Shown piece by piece: positions 24,716-38,200 of a stretch of DNA of 64,000 nt. The DNA lies in contig OZ059900.1 in assembly GCA_964057225.1 (NCBI GenBank), forward strand, positions 16,492,001 to 16,556,000, in the 5' to 3' direction. A program made the position numbers and the translations under genes. This DNA is from Auanema rhodensis (lineage: Eukaryota > Animalia > Nematoda). Positions within the stretch are counted from its first letter, which is position 1; every line of letters begins with the position of its first letter. The notes beneath the pieces were generated by a model, which saw nothing but the letters and a program-made list of their open reading frames with translations, had not been told where the DNA came from and searched no databases.

Positions 24716-27700
24716 CTTCATTTTAGTATGTAACACGCTGAAATTCGTTGCATTTGACGACTCATATGAACAAAAATCGATTTAATCAATATTAGCCATA
24801 AGGGGCGTGCCCTCAGAATATGCTAATTTCCTTAATTTTCTAACCCTTGTTTTTTTGTCGTGAAAGTGGAACTAGACGTTGTACGAACAATTTTGAGCTA
24901 GGTTTCATTGACATTGCATGAGTTTGAACACATGAAATCGTAAGTCAAAACCTTGTTTACAGCGAAATTTCCAAAAACTGGTTTTCCAGCATAATAAAAC
25001 ATTTCTCATGGGAAATACTGTGTTTTTGTATTTTTCTAGTGTTCAGCATGTAAAATGCTTCATTTTAGTATGTAACACGCTGAAATTCGTTGCATTTGAC
25101 GAATCATATGAACAAAAATCGATTTAATCAATATTAGCCATAAGGGGCGTGCCCTCAGAATATGCTAATTTCCTTAATTTTCTAACCCCTGTTTTTTTGT
25201 CGTGAAAGTGGAACTAGACGTTGTACGAACAATTTTGAGCTAGGTTTCATTGACATTGCATGAGTTTGAACACATGAAATCGTAAGTCAAAACCTTGTTT
25301 ACAGCGAAATTTCCAAAAACTGGTTTTCCAGCATAATAAAATATTTCTCATGGGAAATACTGTGTTTTTGTATTTTTCTAGTGTTCAGCATGTAAAATGG
25401 TTCATTTTAGTATGTAACACGCTGAAATTCGTTGCATTTGACGACTCATATGAACAAAAATCGATTTAATCAATATTAGCCATAAGGGGCGTGCCCTCAG
25501 AATATGCTAATTTCCTTAAATTTCTAACCCCTGTTTTTTGTCGTGAAAGTGGAACTAGACGTTGTACGAACAATTTTGAGCTAGGTTTCATTGACATTGC
25601 ATGAGTTTGAACACATGAAATCGTAAGTCAAAACCTTGTTTACAGCGAAATTTCCAAAAACTGGTTTTCCAGCATAATAAAATATTTCTCATGGGAAATA
25701 CTGTGTTTTTGTATTCTTCTAGTGTTCAGCATGTAAAATGCTTCATTTTAGTATGTAACACGCTGAAATTCGTTGCATTTGACGACTCATATGAACAAAA
25801 ATCGATTTAATCAATATTAGCCATAAGGGGCGTGCCCTCAGAATATGCTAATTTCCTTAAATTTCTAACCCCTGTTTTTTGTCGTGAAAGTGGAACTAGA
25901 CGTTGTACGAACATTTTTGAGCTAGGTTTCATTGACATTGCATGAGTTTGAACACATGAAATCGTAAGTCAAAACCTTGTTTACAGCGAAATTTCCAAAA
26001 ACTGGTTTTCCAGCATAATAAAATATTTCTCATGGGAAATACTGTGTTTTTGTATTTTTCTAGTGTTCAGCATGTAAAATACTTCATTTTAGTATGTAAC
26101 ACGCTGAAATTCGTTGCATTTGACGACTCATATGAACAAAAATCGATTTAATCAATATTAGCCATAAGGGGCGTGCCCTCAGAATATGCTAATTTCCTTA
26201 ATTTTCTAACCCTTGTTTTTTTGTCGTGAAAGTGGAACTAGACGTTGTACGAACAATTTTGAGCTAGGTTTCATTGACATTGCATGAGTTTGAACACATG
26301 AAATCGTAAGTCAAAACCTTGTTTACAGCGAAATTTCCAAAAACTGGTTTTCCAGCATAATAAAACATTTCTCATGGGAAATACTGTGTTTTTGTATTTT
26401 TCTAGTGTTCAGCATGTAAAATGCTTCATTTTAGTATGTAACACGCTGAAATTCGTTGCATTTGACGAATCATATGAACAAAAATCGATTTAATCAATAT
26501 TAGCCATAAGGGGCGTGCCCTCAGAATATGCTAATTTCCTTAATTTTCTAACCCCTGTTTTTTTGTCGTGAAAGTGGAACTAGACGTTGTACGAACAATT
26601 TTGAGCTAGGTTTCATTGACATTGCATGAGTTTGAACACATGAAATCGTAAGTCAAAACCTTGTTTACAGCGAAATTTCCAAAAACTGGTTTTCCAGCAT
26701 AATAAAATATTTCTCATGGGAAATACTGTGTTTTTGTATTTTTCTAGTGTTCAGCATGTAAAATGGTTCATTTTAGTATGTAACACGCTGAAATTCGTTG
26801 CATTTGACGACTCATATGAACAAAAATCGATTTAATCAATATTAGCCATAAGGGGCGTGCCCTCAGAATATGCTAATTTCCTTAATTTTCTAACCCCTGT
26901 TTTTTTGTCGTGAAAGTGGAACTAGACGTTGTACGAACAATTTTGAGCTAGGTTTCATTGACATTGCATGAGTTTGAACACATGAAATCGTAAGTCAAAA
27001 CCTTGTTTACAGCGAAATTTCCAAAAACTGGTTTTCCAGCATAATAAAATATTTCTCATGGGAAATACTGTGTTTTTGTATTTTTCTAGTGTTCAGCATG
27101 TAAAATGCTTCATTTTAGTATGTAACACGCTGAAATTCGTTGCATTTGACGACTCATATGAACAAAAATCGATTTAATCAATATTAGCCATAAGGGGCGT
27201 GCCCTCAGAATATGCTAATTTCCTTAATTTTCTGACCCCTGTTTTTTTGTCGTGAAAGTGGAACTAGACGTTGTACGAACAATTTTGAGCTAGGTTTCAT
27301 TGACATTGCATGAGTTTGAACACATGAAATCGTAAGTCAAAACCTTGTTTACAGCGAAATTTCCAAAAACTGGTTTTCCAGCATAATAAAATATTTCTCA
27401 TGGGAAATACTGTGTTTTTGTATTTTTCTAGTGTTCAGCATGTAAAATGCTTCATTTTAGTATGTAACACGCTGAAATTCGTTGCATTTGACGACTCATA
27501 TGAACAAAAATCGATTTAATCAATATTAGCCATAAGGGGCGTGCCCTCAGAATATGCTAATTTCCTTAATTTTCTAACCCCTGTTTTTTTGTCGTGAAAG
27601 TGGAACTAGACGTTGTACGAACAATTTTGAGCTAGGTTTCATTGACATTGCATGAGTTTGAACACATGAAATCGTAAGTCAAAACCTTGTTTACAGCGAA

Positions 27701-28388
27701 ATTTCCAAAAACTGGTTTTCCAGCATAATAAAATATTTCTCATGGGAAATACTGTGTTTTTGTTTTTTTCTAGTGTTCAGCATGTAAAATGCTTCATTTT
27801 AGTATGTAACACGCAGAAATTCGTTGCATTTGACGACTCATATGAACAAAAATCGATTTAATCAATATTAGCCATAAGGGGCGTGCCCTCAGAATATGCT
27901 AATTTCCTTAATTTTCTAACCCCTGTTTTTTTGTCGTGAAAGTGGAACTAGACGTTGTACGAACAATTTTGAGCTAGGTTTCATTGACATTGCATGAGTT
28001 TGAACACATGAAATCGTAAGTCAAAACCTTGTTTACAGCGAAATTTCCAAAAACTGGTTTTCCAGCATAATAAAATATTTCTCATGGGAAATACTGTGTT
28101 TTTGTATTTTTCTAGTGTTCAGCATGTAAAATGCTTCATTTTAGTATGTAACACGCTGAAATTCGTTGCATTTGACGACTCATATGAACAAAAATCGATT
28201 TAATCAATATTAGCCATAAGGGGCGTGCCCTCAGAATATGCTAATTTCCTTAATTTTCTAACCCCTGTTTTTTTGTCGTGAAAGTGGAACTAGACGTTGT
28301 ACGAACAATTTTGAGCTAGGTTTCATTGACATTGCATGAGTTTGAACACATGAAATCGTAAGTCAAAACCTTGTTTACAGCGAAATTT

Positions 28389-31300
28389 CCAAAAACTGGT
28401 TTTCCAGCATAATAAAATATTTCTCATGGGAAATACTGTGTTTTTGTATTTTTCTAGTGTTCAGCATGTAAAATGCTTCATTTTAGTATGTAACACACTG
28501 AAATTCGTTGCATTTGACGACTCATATGAACAAAAATCGATTTAATCAATATTAGCCATAAGGGGCGTGCCCTCAGAATATGCTAATTTCCTTAATTTTC
28601 TAACCCCTGTTTTTTTGTCGTGAAAGTGGAACTAGACGTTGTACGAACAATTTTGAGCTAAGTTTCATTGACATTGCATGAGTTTGAACACATGAAATCG
28701 TAAGTCAAAACCTTGTTTACAGCGAAATTTCCAAAAACTGGTTTTCCAGCATAATAAAATATTTCTCATGGGAAATACTGTGTTTTTGTTTTTTTCTAGT
28801 GTTCAGCATGTAAAATGCTTCATTTTAGTATGTAACACGCTGAAATTCGTTGCATTTGACGACTCATATGAACAAAAATCGATTTAATCAATATTAGCCA
28901 TAAGGGGCGTGCCCTCAGAATATGCTAATTTCCTTAATTTTCTAACCCCTGTTTTTTGTCGTGAAAGTGGAACTAGACGTTGTACGAACAATTTTGAGCT
29001 AGGTTTCATTGACATTGCATGAGTTTGAACACATGAAATCGTAAGTCAAAACCTTGTTTACAGCGAAATTTCCAAAAACTGGTTTTCCAGCATAATAAAA
29101 TATTTCTCATGGGAAATACTGTGTTTTTGTATTCTTCTAGTGTTCAGCATGTAAAATGCTTCATTTTAGTATGTAACACGCTGAAATTCGTTGCATTTGA
29201 CGACTCATATGAACAAAAATCGATTTAATCAATATTAGCCATAAGGGGCGTGCCCTCAGAATATGCTAATTTCCTTAATTTTCTAACCCCTGTTTTTTTG
29301 TCGTGAAAGTGGAACTAGACGTTGTACGAACAATTTTGAGCTAGGTTTCATTGACATTGCATGAGTTTGAACACATGAAATCGTAAGTCAAAACCTTGTT
29401 TACAGCGAAATTTCCAAAAACTGGTTTTCCAGCATAATAAAATATTTCTCATGGGAAATACTGTGTTTTTGTATTCTTCTAGTGTTCAGCATGTAAAATG
29501 CTTCATTTTAGTATGTAACACGCTGAAATTCGTTGCATTTGACGACTCATATGAACAAAAATCGATTTAATCAATATTAGCCATAAGGGGCGTGCCCTCA
29601 GAATATGCTAATTTCCTTAATTTTCTAACCCCTGTTTTTTGTCGTGAAAGTGGAACTAGACGTTGTACGAACAATTTTGAGCTAGGTTTCATTGACATTG
29701 CATGAGTTTGAACACATGAAATCGTAAGTCAAAACCTTGTTTACAGCGAAATTTCCAAAAACTGGTTTTCCAGCATAATAAAATATTTCTCATGGGAAAT
29801 ACTGTGTTTTTGTTTTTTTCTAGTGTTCAGCATGTAAAGTGCTTCATTTTAGTATGTAACACGCTGAAATTCGTTGCATTTGACGACTCATATGAACAAA
29901 AATCGATTTAATCAATATTAGCCATAAGGGGCGTGCCCTCAGAATATGCTAATTTCCTTAATTTTCTAACCCCTGTTTTTTTGTCGTGAAAGTGGAACTA
30001 GACGTTGTACGAACAATTTTCAGCTAGGTTTCATTGACATTGCATGAGTTTGAACACATGAAATCGTAAGTCAAAACCTTGTTTACAGCGAAATTTCCAA
30101 AAACTGGTTTTCCAGCATAATAAAATATTTCTCATGGGAAATACTGTGTTTTTGTATTTTTCTAGTGTTCAGCATGTAAAATGCTTCATTTTAGTATGTA
30201 ACACGCTGAAATTCGTTGCATTTGACGACTCATATGAACAAAAATCGATTTAATCAATATTAGCCATAAGGGGCGTGCCCTCAGAATATGCTAATTTCCT
30301 TAAATTTCTAACCCCTGTTTTTTGTCGTGAAAGTGGAACTAGACGTTGTACGAACAATTTTGAGCTAGGTTTCATTGACATTGCATGAGTTTGAACACAT
30401 GAAATCGTAAGTCAAAACCTTGTTTACAGCGAAATTTCCAAAAACTGGTTTTCCAGCATAATAAAATATTTCTCATGGGAAATACTGTGTTTTTGTATTC
30501 TTCTAGTGTTTAGCATGTAAAATGCTTCATTTTAGTATGTAACACGCTGAAATTCGTTGCATTTGACGACTCATATGAACAAAAATCGATTTAATCAATA
30601 TTAGCCATAAGGGGCGTGCCCTCAGAATATGCTAATTTCCTTAATTTTCTAACCCCTGTTTTTTTGTCGTGAAAGTGGAACTAGACGTTGTACGAACATT
30701 TTTGAGCTAGGTTTCATTGACATTGCATGAGTTTGAACACATGAAATCGTAAGTCAAAACCTTGTTTACAGCGAAATTTCCAAAAACTGGTTTTCCAGCA
30801 TAATAAAATATTTCTCATGGGAAATACTGTGTTTTTGTATTTTTCTAGTGTTCAGCATGTAAAATACTTCATTTTAGTATGTAACACGCTGAAATTCGTT
30901 GCATTTGACGACTCATATGAACAAAAATCGATTTAATCAATATTAGCCATAAGGGGCGTGCCCTCAGAATATGCTAATTTCCTTAATTTTCTAACCCTTG
31001 TTTTTTTGTCGTGAAAGTGGAACTAGACGTTGTACGAACAATTTTGAGCTAGGTTTCATTGACATTGCATGAGTTTGAACACATGAAATCGTAAGTCAAA
31101 ACCTTGTTTACAGCGAAATTTCCAAAAACTGGTTTTCCAGCATAATAAAACATTTCTCATGGGAAATACTGTGTTTTTGTATTTTTCTAGTGTTCAGCAT
31201 GTAAAATGCTTCATTTTAGTATGTAACACGCTGAAATTCGTTGCATTTGACGAATCATATGAACAAAAATCGATTTAATCAATATTAGCCATAAGGGGCG

Positions 31301-33514
31301 TGCCCTCAGAATATGCTAATTTCCTTAATTTTCTAACCCCTGTTTTTTTGTCGTGAAAGTGGAACTAGACGTTGTACGAACAATTTTGAGCTAGGTTTCA
31401 TTGACATTGCATGAGTTTGAACACATGAAATCGTAAGTCAAAACCTTGTTTACAGCGAAATTTCCAAAAACTGGTTTTCCAGCATAATAAAATATTTCTC
31501 ATGGGAAATACTGTGTTTTTGTATTTTTCTAGTGTTCAGCATGTAAAATGGTTCATTTTAGTATGTAACACGCTGAAATTCGTTGCATTTGACGACTCAT
31601 ATGAACAAAAATCGATTTAATCAATATTAGCCATAAGGGGCGTGCCCTCAGAATATGCTAATTTCCTTAAATTTCTAACCCCTGTTTTTTGTCGTGAAAG
31701 TGGAACTAAACGTTGTACGAACAATTTTGAGCTAGGTTTCATTGACATTGCATGAGTTTGAACACATGAAATCGTAAGTCAAAACCTTGTTTACAGCGAA
31801 ATTTCCAAAAACTGGTTTTCCAGCATAATAAAATATTTCTCATGGGAAATACTGTGTTTTTGTATTCTTCTAGTGTTCAGCATGTAAAATGCTTCATTTT
31901 AGTATGTAACACGCTGAAATTCGTTGCATTTGACGACTCATATGAACAAAAATCGATTTAATCAATATTAGCCATAAGGGGCGTGCCCTCAGAATATGCT
32001 AATTTCCTTAATTTTCTAACCCCTGTTTTTTTGTCGTGAAAGTGGAACTAGACGTTGTACGAACATTTTTGAGCTAGGTTTCATTGACATTGCATGAGTT
32101 TGAACACATGAAATCGTAAGTCAAAACCTTGTTTACAGCGAAATTTCCAAAAACTGGTTTTCCAGCATAATAAAATATTTCTCATGGGAAATACTGTGTT
32201 TTTGTATTTTTCTAGTGTTCAGCATGTAAAATACTTCATTTTAGTATGTAACACGCTGAAATTCGTTGCATTTGACGACTCATATGAACAAAAATCGATT
32301 TAATCAATATTAGCCATAAGGGGCGTGCCCTCAGAATATGCTAATTTCCTTAATTTTCTAACCCTTGTTTTTTTGTCGTGAAAGTGGAACTAGACGTTGT
32401 ACGAACAATTTTGAGCTAGGTTTCATTGACATTGCATGAGTTTGAACACATGAAATCGTAAGTCAAAACCTTGTTTACAGCGAAATTTCCAAAAACTGGT
32501 TTTCCAGCATAATAAAACATTTCTCATGGGAAATACTGTGTTTTTGTATTTTTCTAGTGTTCAGCATGTAAAATGCTTCATTTTAGTATGTAACACGCTG
32601 AAATTCGTTGCATTTGACGAATCATATGAACAAAAATCGATTTAATCAATATTAGCCATAAGGGGCGTGCCCTCAGAATATGCTAATTTCCTTAATTTTC
32701 TAACCCCTGTTTTTTTGTCGTGAAAGTGGAACTAGACGTTGTACGAACAATTTTGAGCTAGGTTTCATTGACATTGCATGAGTTTGAACACATGAAATCG
32801 TAAGTCAAAACCTTGTTTACAGCGAAATTTCCAAAAACTGGTTTTCCAGCATAATAAAATATTTCTCATGGGAAATACTGTGTTTTTGTATTTTTCTAGT
32901 GTTCAGCATGTAAAATGGTTCATTTTAGTATGTAACACGCTGAAATTCGTTGCATTTGACGACTCATATGAACAAAAATCGATTTAATCAATATTAGCCA
33001 TAAGGGGCGTGCCCTCAGAATATGCTAATTTCCTTAATTTTCTAACCCCTGTTTTTTTGTCGTGAAAGTGGAACTAGACGTTGTACGAACAATTTTGAGC
33101 TAGGTTTCATTGACATTGCATGAGTTTGAACACATGAAATCGTAAGTCAAAACCTTGTTTACAGCGAAATTTCCAAAAACTGGTTTTCCAGCATAATAAA
33201 ATATTTCTCATGGGAAATACTGTGTTTTTGTATTTTTCTAGTGTTCAGCATGTAAAATGCTTCATTTTAGTATGTAACACGCTGAAATTCGTTGCATTTG
33301 ACGACTCATATGAACAAAAATCGATTTAATCAATATTAGCCATAAGGGGCGTGCCCTCAGAATATGCTAATTTCCTTAATTTTCTGACCCCTGTTTTTTT
33401 GTCGTGAAAGTGGAACTAGACGTTGTACGAACAATTTTGAGCTAGGTTTCATTGACATTGCATGAGTTTGAACACATGAAATCGTAAGTCAAAACCTTGT
33501 TTACAGCGAAATTT
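28389..33514 (+). repeat. Third partial copy of the duplicated block (M84-M98)
   Basis: M84-88 match M58-62 and M22-26 (G109A+G273A; A60T+T6; T63C; T63C+T6; A60T+A85G+G267C). M89-96 resemble M67-74, and M97-98 match M79-80. Confidence 0.8.
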
Positions 33515-35224
33515 CCAAAAACTGGTTTTCCAGCATAATAAAATATTTCTCATGGGAAATACTGTGTTTTTGTATTTTTCTAGTGTTCAGCATGTAAAAT
33601 GCTTCATTTTAGTATGTAACACGCTGAAATTCGTTGCATTTGACGACTCATATGAACAAAAATCGATTTAATCAATATTAGCCATAAGGGGCGTGCCCTC
33701 AGAATATGCTAATTTCCTTAATTTTCTAACCCTTGTTTTTTTGTCGTGAAAGTGGAACTAGACGTTGTACGAACAATTTTGAGCTAGGTTTCATTGACAT
33801 TGCATGAGTTTGAACACATGAAATCGTAAGTCAAAACCTTGTTTACAGCGAAATTTCCAAAAACTGGTTTTCCAGCATAATAAAACATTTCTCATGGGAA
33901 ATACTGTGTTTTTGTATTTTTCTAGTGTTCAGCATGTAAAATGCTTCATTTTAGTATGTAACACGCTGAAATTCGTTGCATTTGACGAATCATATGAACA
34001 AAAATCGATTTAATCAATATTAGCCATAAGGGGCGTGCCCTCAGAATATGCTAATTTCCTTAATTTTCTAACCCCTGTTTTTTTGTCGTGAAAGTGGAAC
34101 TAGACGTTGTACGAACAATTTTGAGCTAGGTTTCATTGACATTGCATGAGTTTGAACACATGAAATCGTAAGTCAAAACCTTGTTTACAGCGAAATTTCC
34201 AAAAACTGGTTTTCCAGCATAATAAAATATTTCTCATGGGAAATACTGTGTTTTTGTATTTTTCTAGTGTTCAGCATGTAAAATGGTTCATTTTAGTATG
34301 TAACACGCTGAAATTCGTTGCATTTGACGACTCATATGAACAAAAATCGATTTAATCAATATTAGCCATAAGGGGCGTGCCCTCAGAATATGCTAATTTC
34401 CTTAATTTTCTAACCCCTGTTTTTTTGTCGTGAAAGTGGAACTAGACGTTGTACGAACAATTTTGAGCTAGGTTTCATTGACATTGCATGAGTTTGAACA
34501 CATGAAATCGTAAGTCAAAACCTTGTTTACAGCGAAATTTCCAAAAACTGGTTTTCCAGCATAATAAAATATTTCTCATGGGAAATACTGTGTTTTTGTA
34601 TTTTTCTAGTGTTCAGCATGTAAAATGCTTCATTTTAGTATGTAACACGCTGAAATTCGTTGCATTTGACGACTCATATGAACAAAAATCGATTTAATCA
34701 ATATTAGCCATAAGGGGCGTGCCCTCAGAATATGCTAATTTCCTTAATTTTCTGACCCCTGTTTTTTTGTCGTGAAAGTGGAACTAGACGTTGTACGAAC
34801 AATTTTGAGCTAGGTTTCATTGACATTGCATGAGTTTGAACACATGAAATCGTAAGTCAAAACCTTGTTTACAGCGAAATTTCCAAAAACTGGTTTTCCA
34901 GCATAATAAAATATTTCTCATGGGAAATACTGTGTTTTTGTATTTTTCTAGTGTTCAGCATGTAAAATGCTTCATTTTAGTATGTAACACGCTGAAATTC
35001 GTTGCATTTGACGACTCATATGAACAAAAATCGATTTAATCAATATTAGCCATAAGGGGCGTGCCCTCAGAATATGCTAATTTCCTTAATTTTCTAACCC
35101 CTGTTTTTTTGTCGTGAAAGTGGAACTAGACGTTGTACGAACAATTTTGAGCTAGGTTTCATTGACATTGCATGAGTTTGAACACATGAAATCGTAAGTC
35201 AAAACCTTGTTTACAGCGAAATTT

Positions 35225-38200
35225 CCAAAAACTGGTTTTCCAGCATAATAAAATATTTCTCATGGGAAATACTGTGTTTTTGTATTTTTCTAGTGTTCAG
35301 CATGTAAAATGCTTCATTTTAGTATGTAACACGCTGAAATTCGTTGCATTTGACGACTCATATGAACAAAAATCGATTTAATCAATATTAGCTATAAGGG
35401 GCGTGCCCTCAGAATATGCTAATTTCCTTAATTTTCTAACCCCTGTTTTTTTGTCGTGAAAGTGGAACTAGACGTTGTACGAACAATTTTGAGCTAAGTT
35501 TCATTGACATTGCATGAGTTTGAACACATGAAATCGTAAGTCAAAACCTTGTTTACAGCGAAATTTCCAAAAACTGGTTTTCCAGCATAATAAAATATTT
35601 CTCATGGGAAATACTGTGTTTTTGTTTTTTTCTAGTGTTCAGCATGTAAAATGCTTCATTTTAGTATGTAACACGCTGAAATTCGTTGCATTTGACGACT
35701 CATATGAACAAAAATCGATTTAATCAATATTAGCCATAAGGGGCGTGCCCTCAGAATATGCTAATTTCCTTAATTTTCTAACCCCTGTTTTTTTGTCGTG
35801 AAAGTGGAACTAGACGTTGTACGAACAATTTTGAGCTAGGTTTCATTGACATTGCATGAGTTTGAACACATGAAATCGTAAGTCAAAACCTTGTTTACAG
35901 CGAAATTTCCAAAAACTGGTTTTCCAGCATAATAAAATATTTCTCATGGGAAATACTGTGTTTTTGTATTCTTCTAGTGTTCAGCATGTAAAATGCTTCA
36001 TTTTAGTATGTAACACGCTGAAATTCGTTGCATTTGACGACTCATATGAACAAAAATCGATTTAATCAATATTAGCCATAAGGGGCGTGCCCTCAGAATA
36101 TGCTAATTTCCTTAATTTTCTAACCCCTGTTTTTTTGTCGTGAAAGTGGAACTAGACGTTGTACGAACAATTTTGAGCTAGGTTTCATTGACATTGCATG
36201 AGTTTGAACACATGAAATCGTAAGTCAAAACCTTGTTTACAGCGAAATTTCCAAAAACTGGTTTTCCAGCATAATAAAATATTTCTCATGGGAAATACTG
36301 TGTTTTTGTATTCTTCTAGTGTTCAGCATGTAAAATGCTTCATTTTAGTATGTAACACGCTGAAATTCGTTGCATTTGACGACTCATATGAACAAAAATC
36401 GATTTAATCAATATTAGCCATAAGGGGCGTGCCCTCAGAATATGCTAATTTCCTTAATTTTCTAACCCCTGTTTTTTTGTCGTGAAAGTGGAACTAGACG
36501 TTGTACGAACAATTTTGAGCTAGGTTTCATTGACATTGCATGAGTTTGAACACATGAAATCGTAAGTCAAAACCTTGTTTACAGCGAAATTTCCAAAAAC
36601 TGGTTTTCCAGCATAATAAAATATTTCTCATGGGAAATACTGTGTTTTTGTATTCTTCTAGTGTTCAGCATGTAAAATGCTTCATTTTAGTATGTAACAC
36701 GCTGAAATTCGTTGCATTTGACGACTCATATGAACAAAAATCGATTTAATCAATATTAGCCATAAGGGGCGTGCCCTCAGAATATGCTAATTTCCTTAAT
36801 TTTCTAACCCCTGTTTTTTTGTCGTGAAAGTGGAACTAGACGTTGTACGAACAATTTTGAGCTAGGTTTCATTGACATTGCATGAGTTTGAACACATGAA
36901 ATCGTAAGTCAAAACCTTGTTTACAGCGAAATTTCCAAAAACTGGTTTTCCAGCATAATAAAATATTTCTCATGGGAAATACTGTGTTTTTGTATATTTC
37001 TAGTGTTCAGCATGTAAAATGCTTCATTTTAGTATGTAGCACGCTGAAATTCGTTGCATTTGACGACTCATATGAACAAAAATCGATTTAATCAATATTA
37101 GCCATAAGGGGCGTGCCCTCAGAATATGCTAATTTCCTTAATTTTCTAACCCCTGTTTTTTTGTCGTGAAAGTGGAACTAGACGTTGTACGAACAATTTT
37201 GAGCTAGGTTTCATTGACATTGCATGAGTTTGAACACATGAAATCGTAAGTCAAAACCTTGTTTACAGCGAAATTTCCAAAAACTGGTTTTCCAGCATAA
37301 TAAAATATTTCTCATGGGAAATACTGTGTTTTTGTATTTTTCTAGTGTTCAGCATGTAAAATGCTTCATTTTAGTATGTAACACGCTGAAATTCGTTGCA
37401 TTTGACGACTCATATGAACAAAAATCGATTTAATCAATATTAGCCATAAGGGGCGTGCCCTCAGAATATGCTAATTTCCTTAAATTTCTAACCCCTGTTT
37501 TTTGTCGTGAAAGTGGAACTAGACGTTGTACGAACAATTTTGAGCTAGGTTTCATTGACATTGCATGAGTTTGAACACATGAAATCGTAAGTCAAAACCT
37601 TGTTTACAGCGAAATTTCCAAAAACTGGTTTTCCAGCATAATAAAATATTTCTCATGGGAAATACTGTGTTTCTGTATTCTTCTAGTGTTCAGCATGTAA
37701 AATGCTTCATTTTAGTATGTAACACGCTGAAATTCGTTGCATTTAACGACTCATATGAACAAAAATCGATTTAATCAATATTAGCCATAAGGGGCGTGCC
37801 CTCAGAATATGCTAATTTCCTTAATTTTCTAACCCCTGTTTTTTTGTCGTGAAAGTGGAACTAGACGTTGTATGAACATTTTTGAGCTAGGTTTCATTGA
37901 CATTGCATGAGTTTGAACACATGAAATCGTAAGTCAAAACCTTGTTTACAGCGAAATTTCCAAAAACTGGTTTTCCAGCATAATAAAATATTTCTCATGG
38001 GAAATACTGTGTTTTTGTATTTTTCTAGTGTTCAGCATGTAAAATACTTCATTTTAGTATGTAACACGCTGAAATTCGTTGCATTTGACGACTCATATGA
38101 ACAAAAATCGATTTAATCAATATTAGCCATAAGGGGCGTGCCCTCAGAATATGCTAATTTCCTTAATTTTCTAACCCTTGTTTTTTTGTCGTGAAAGTGG

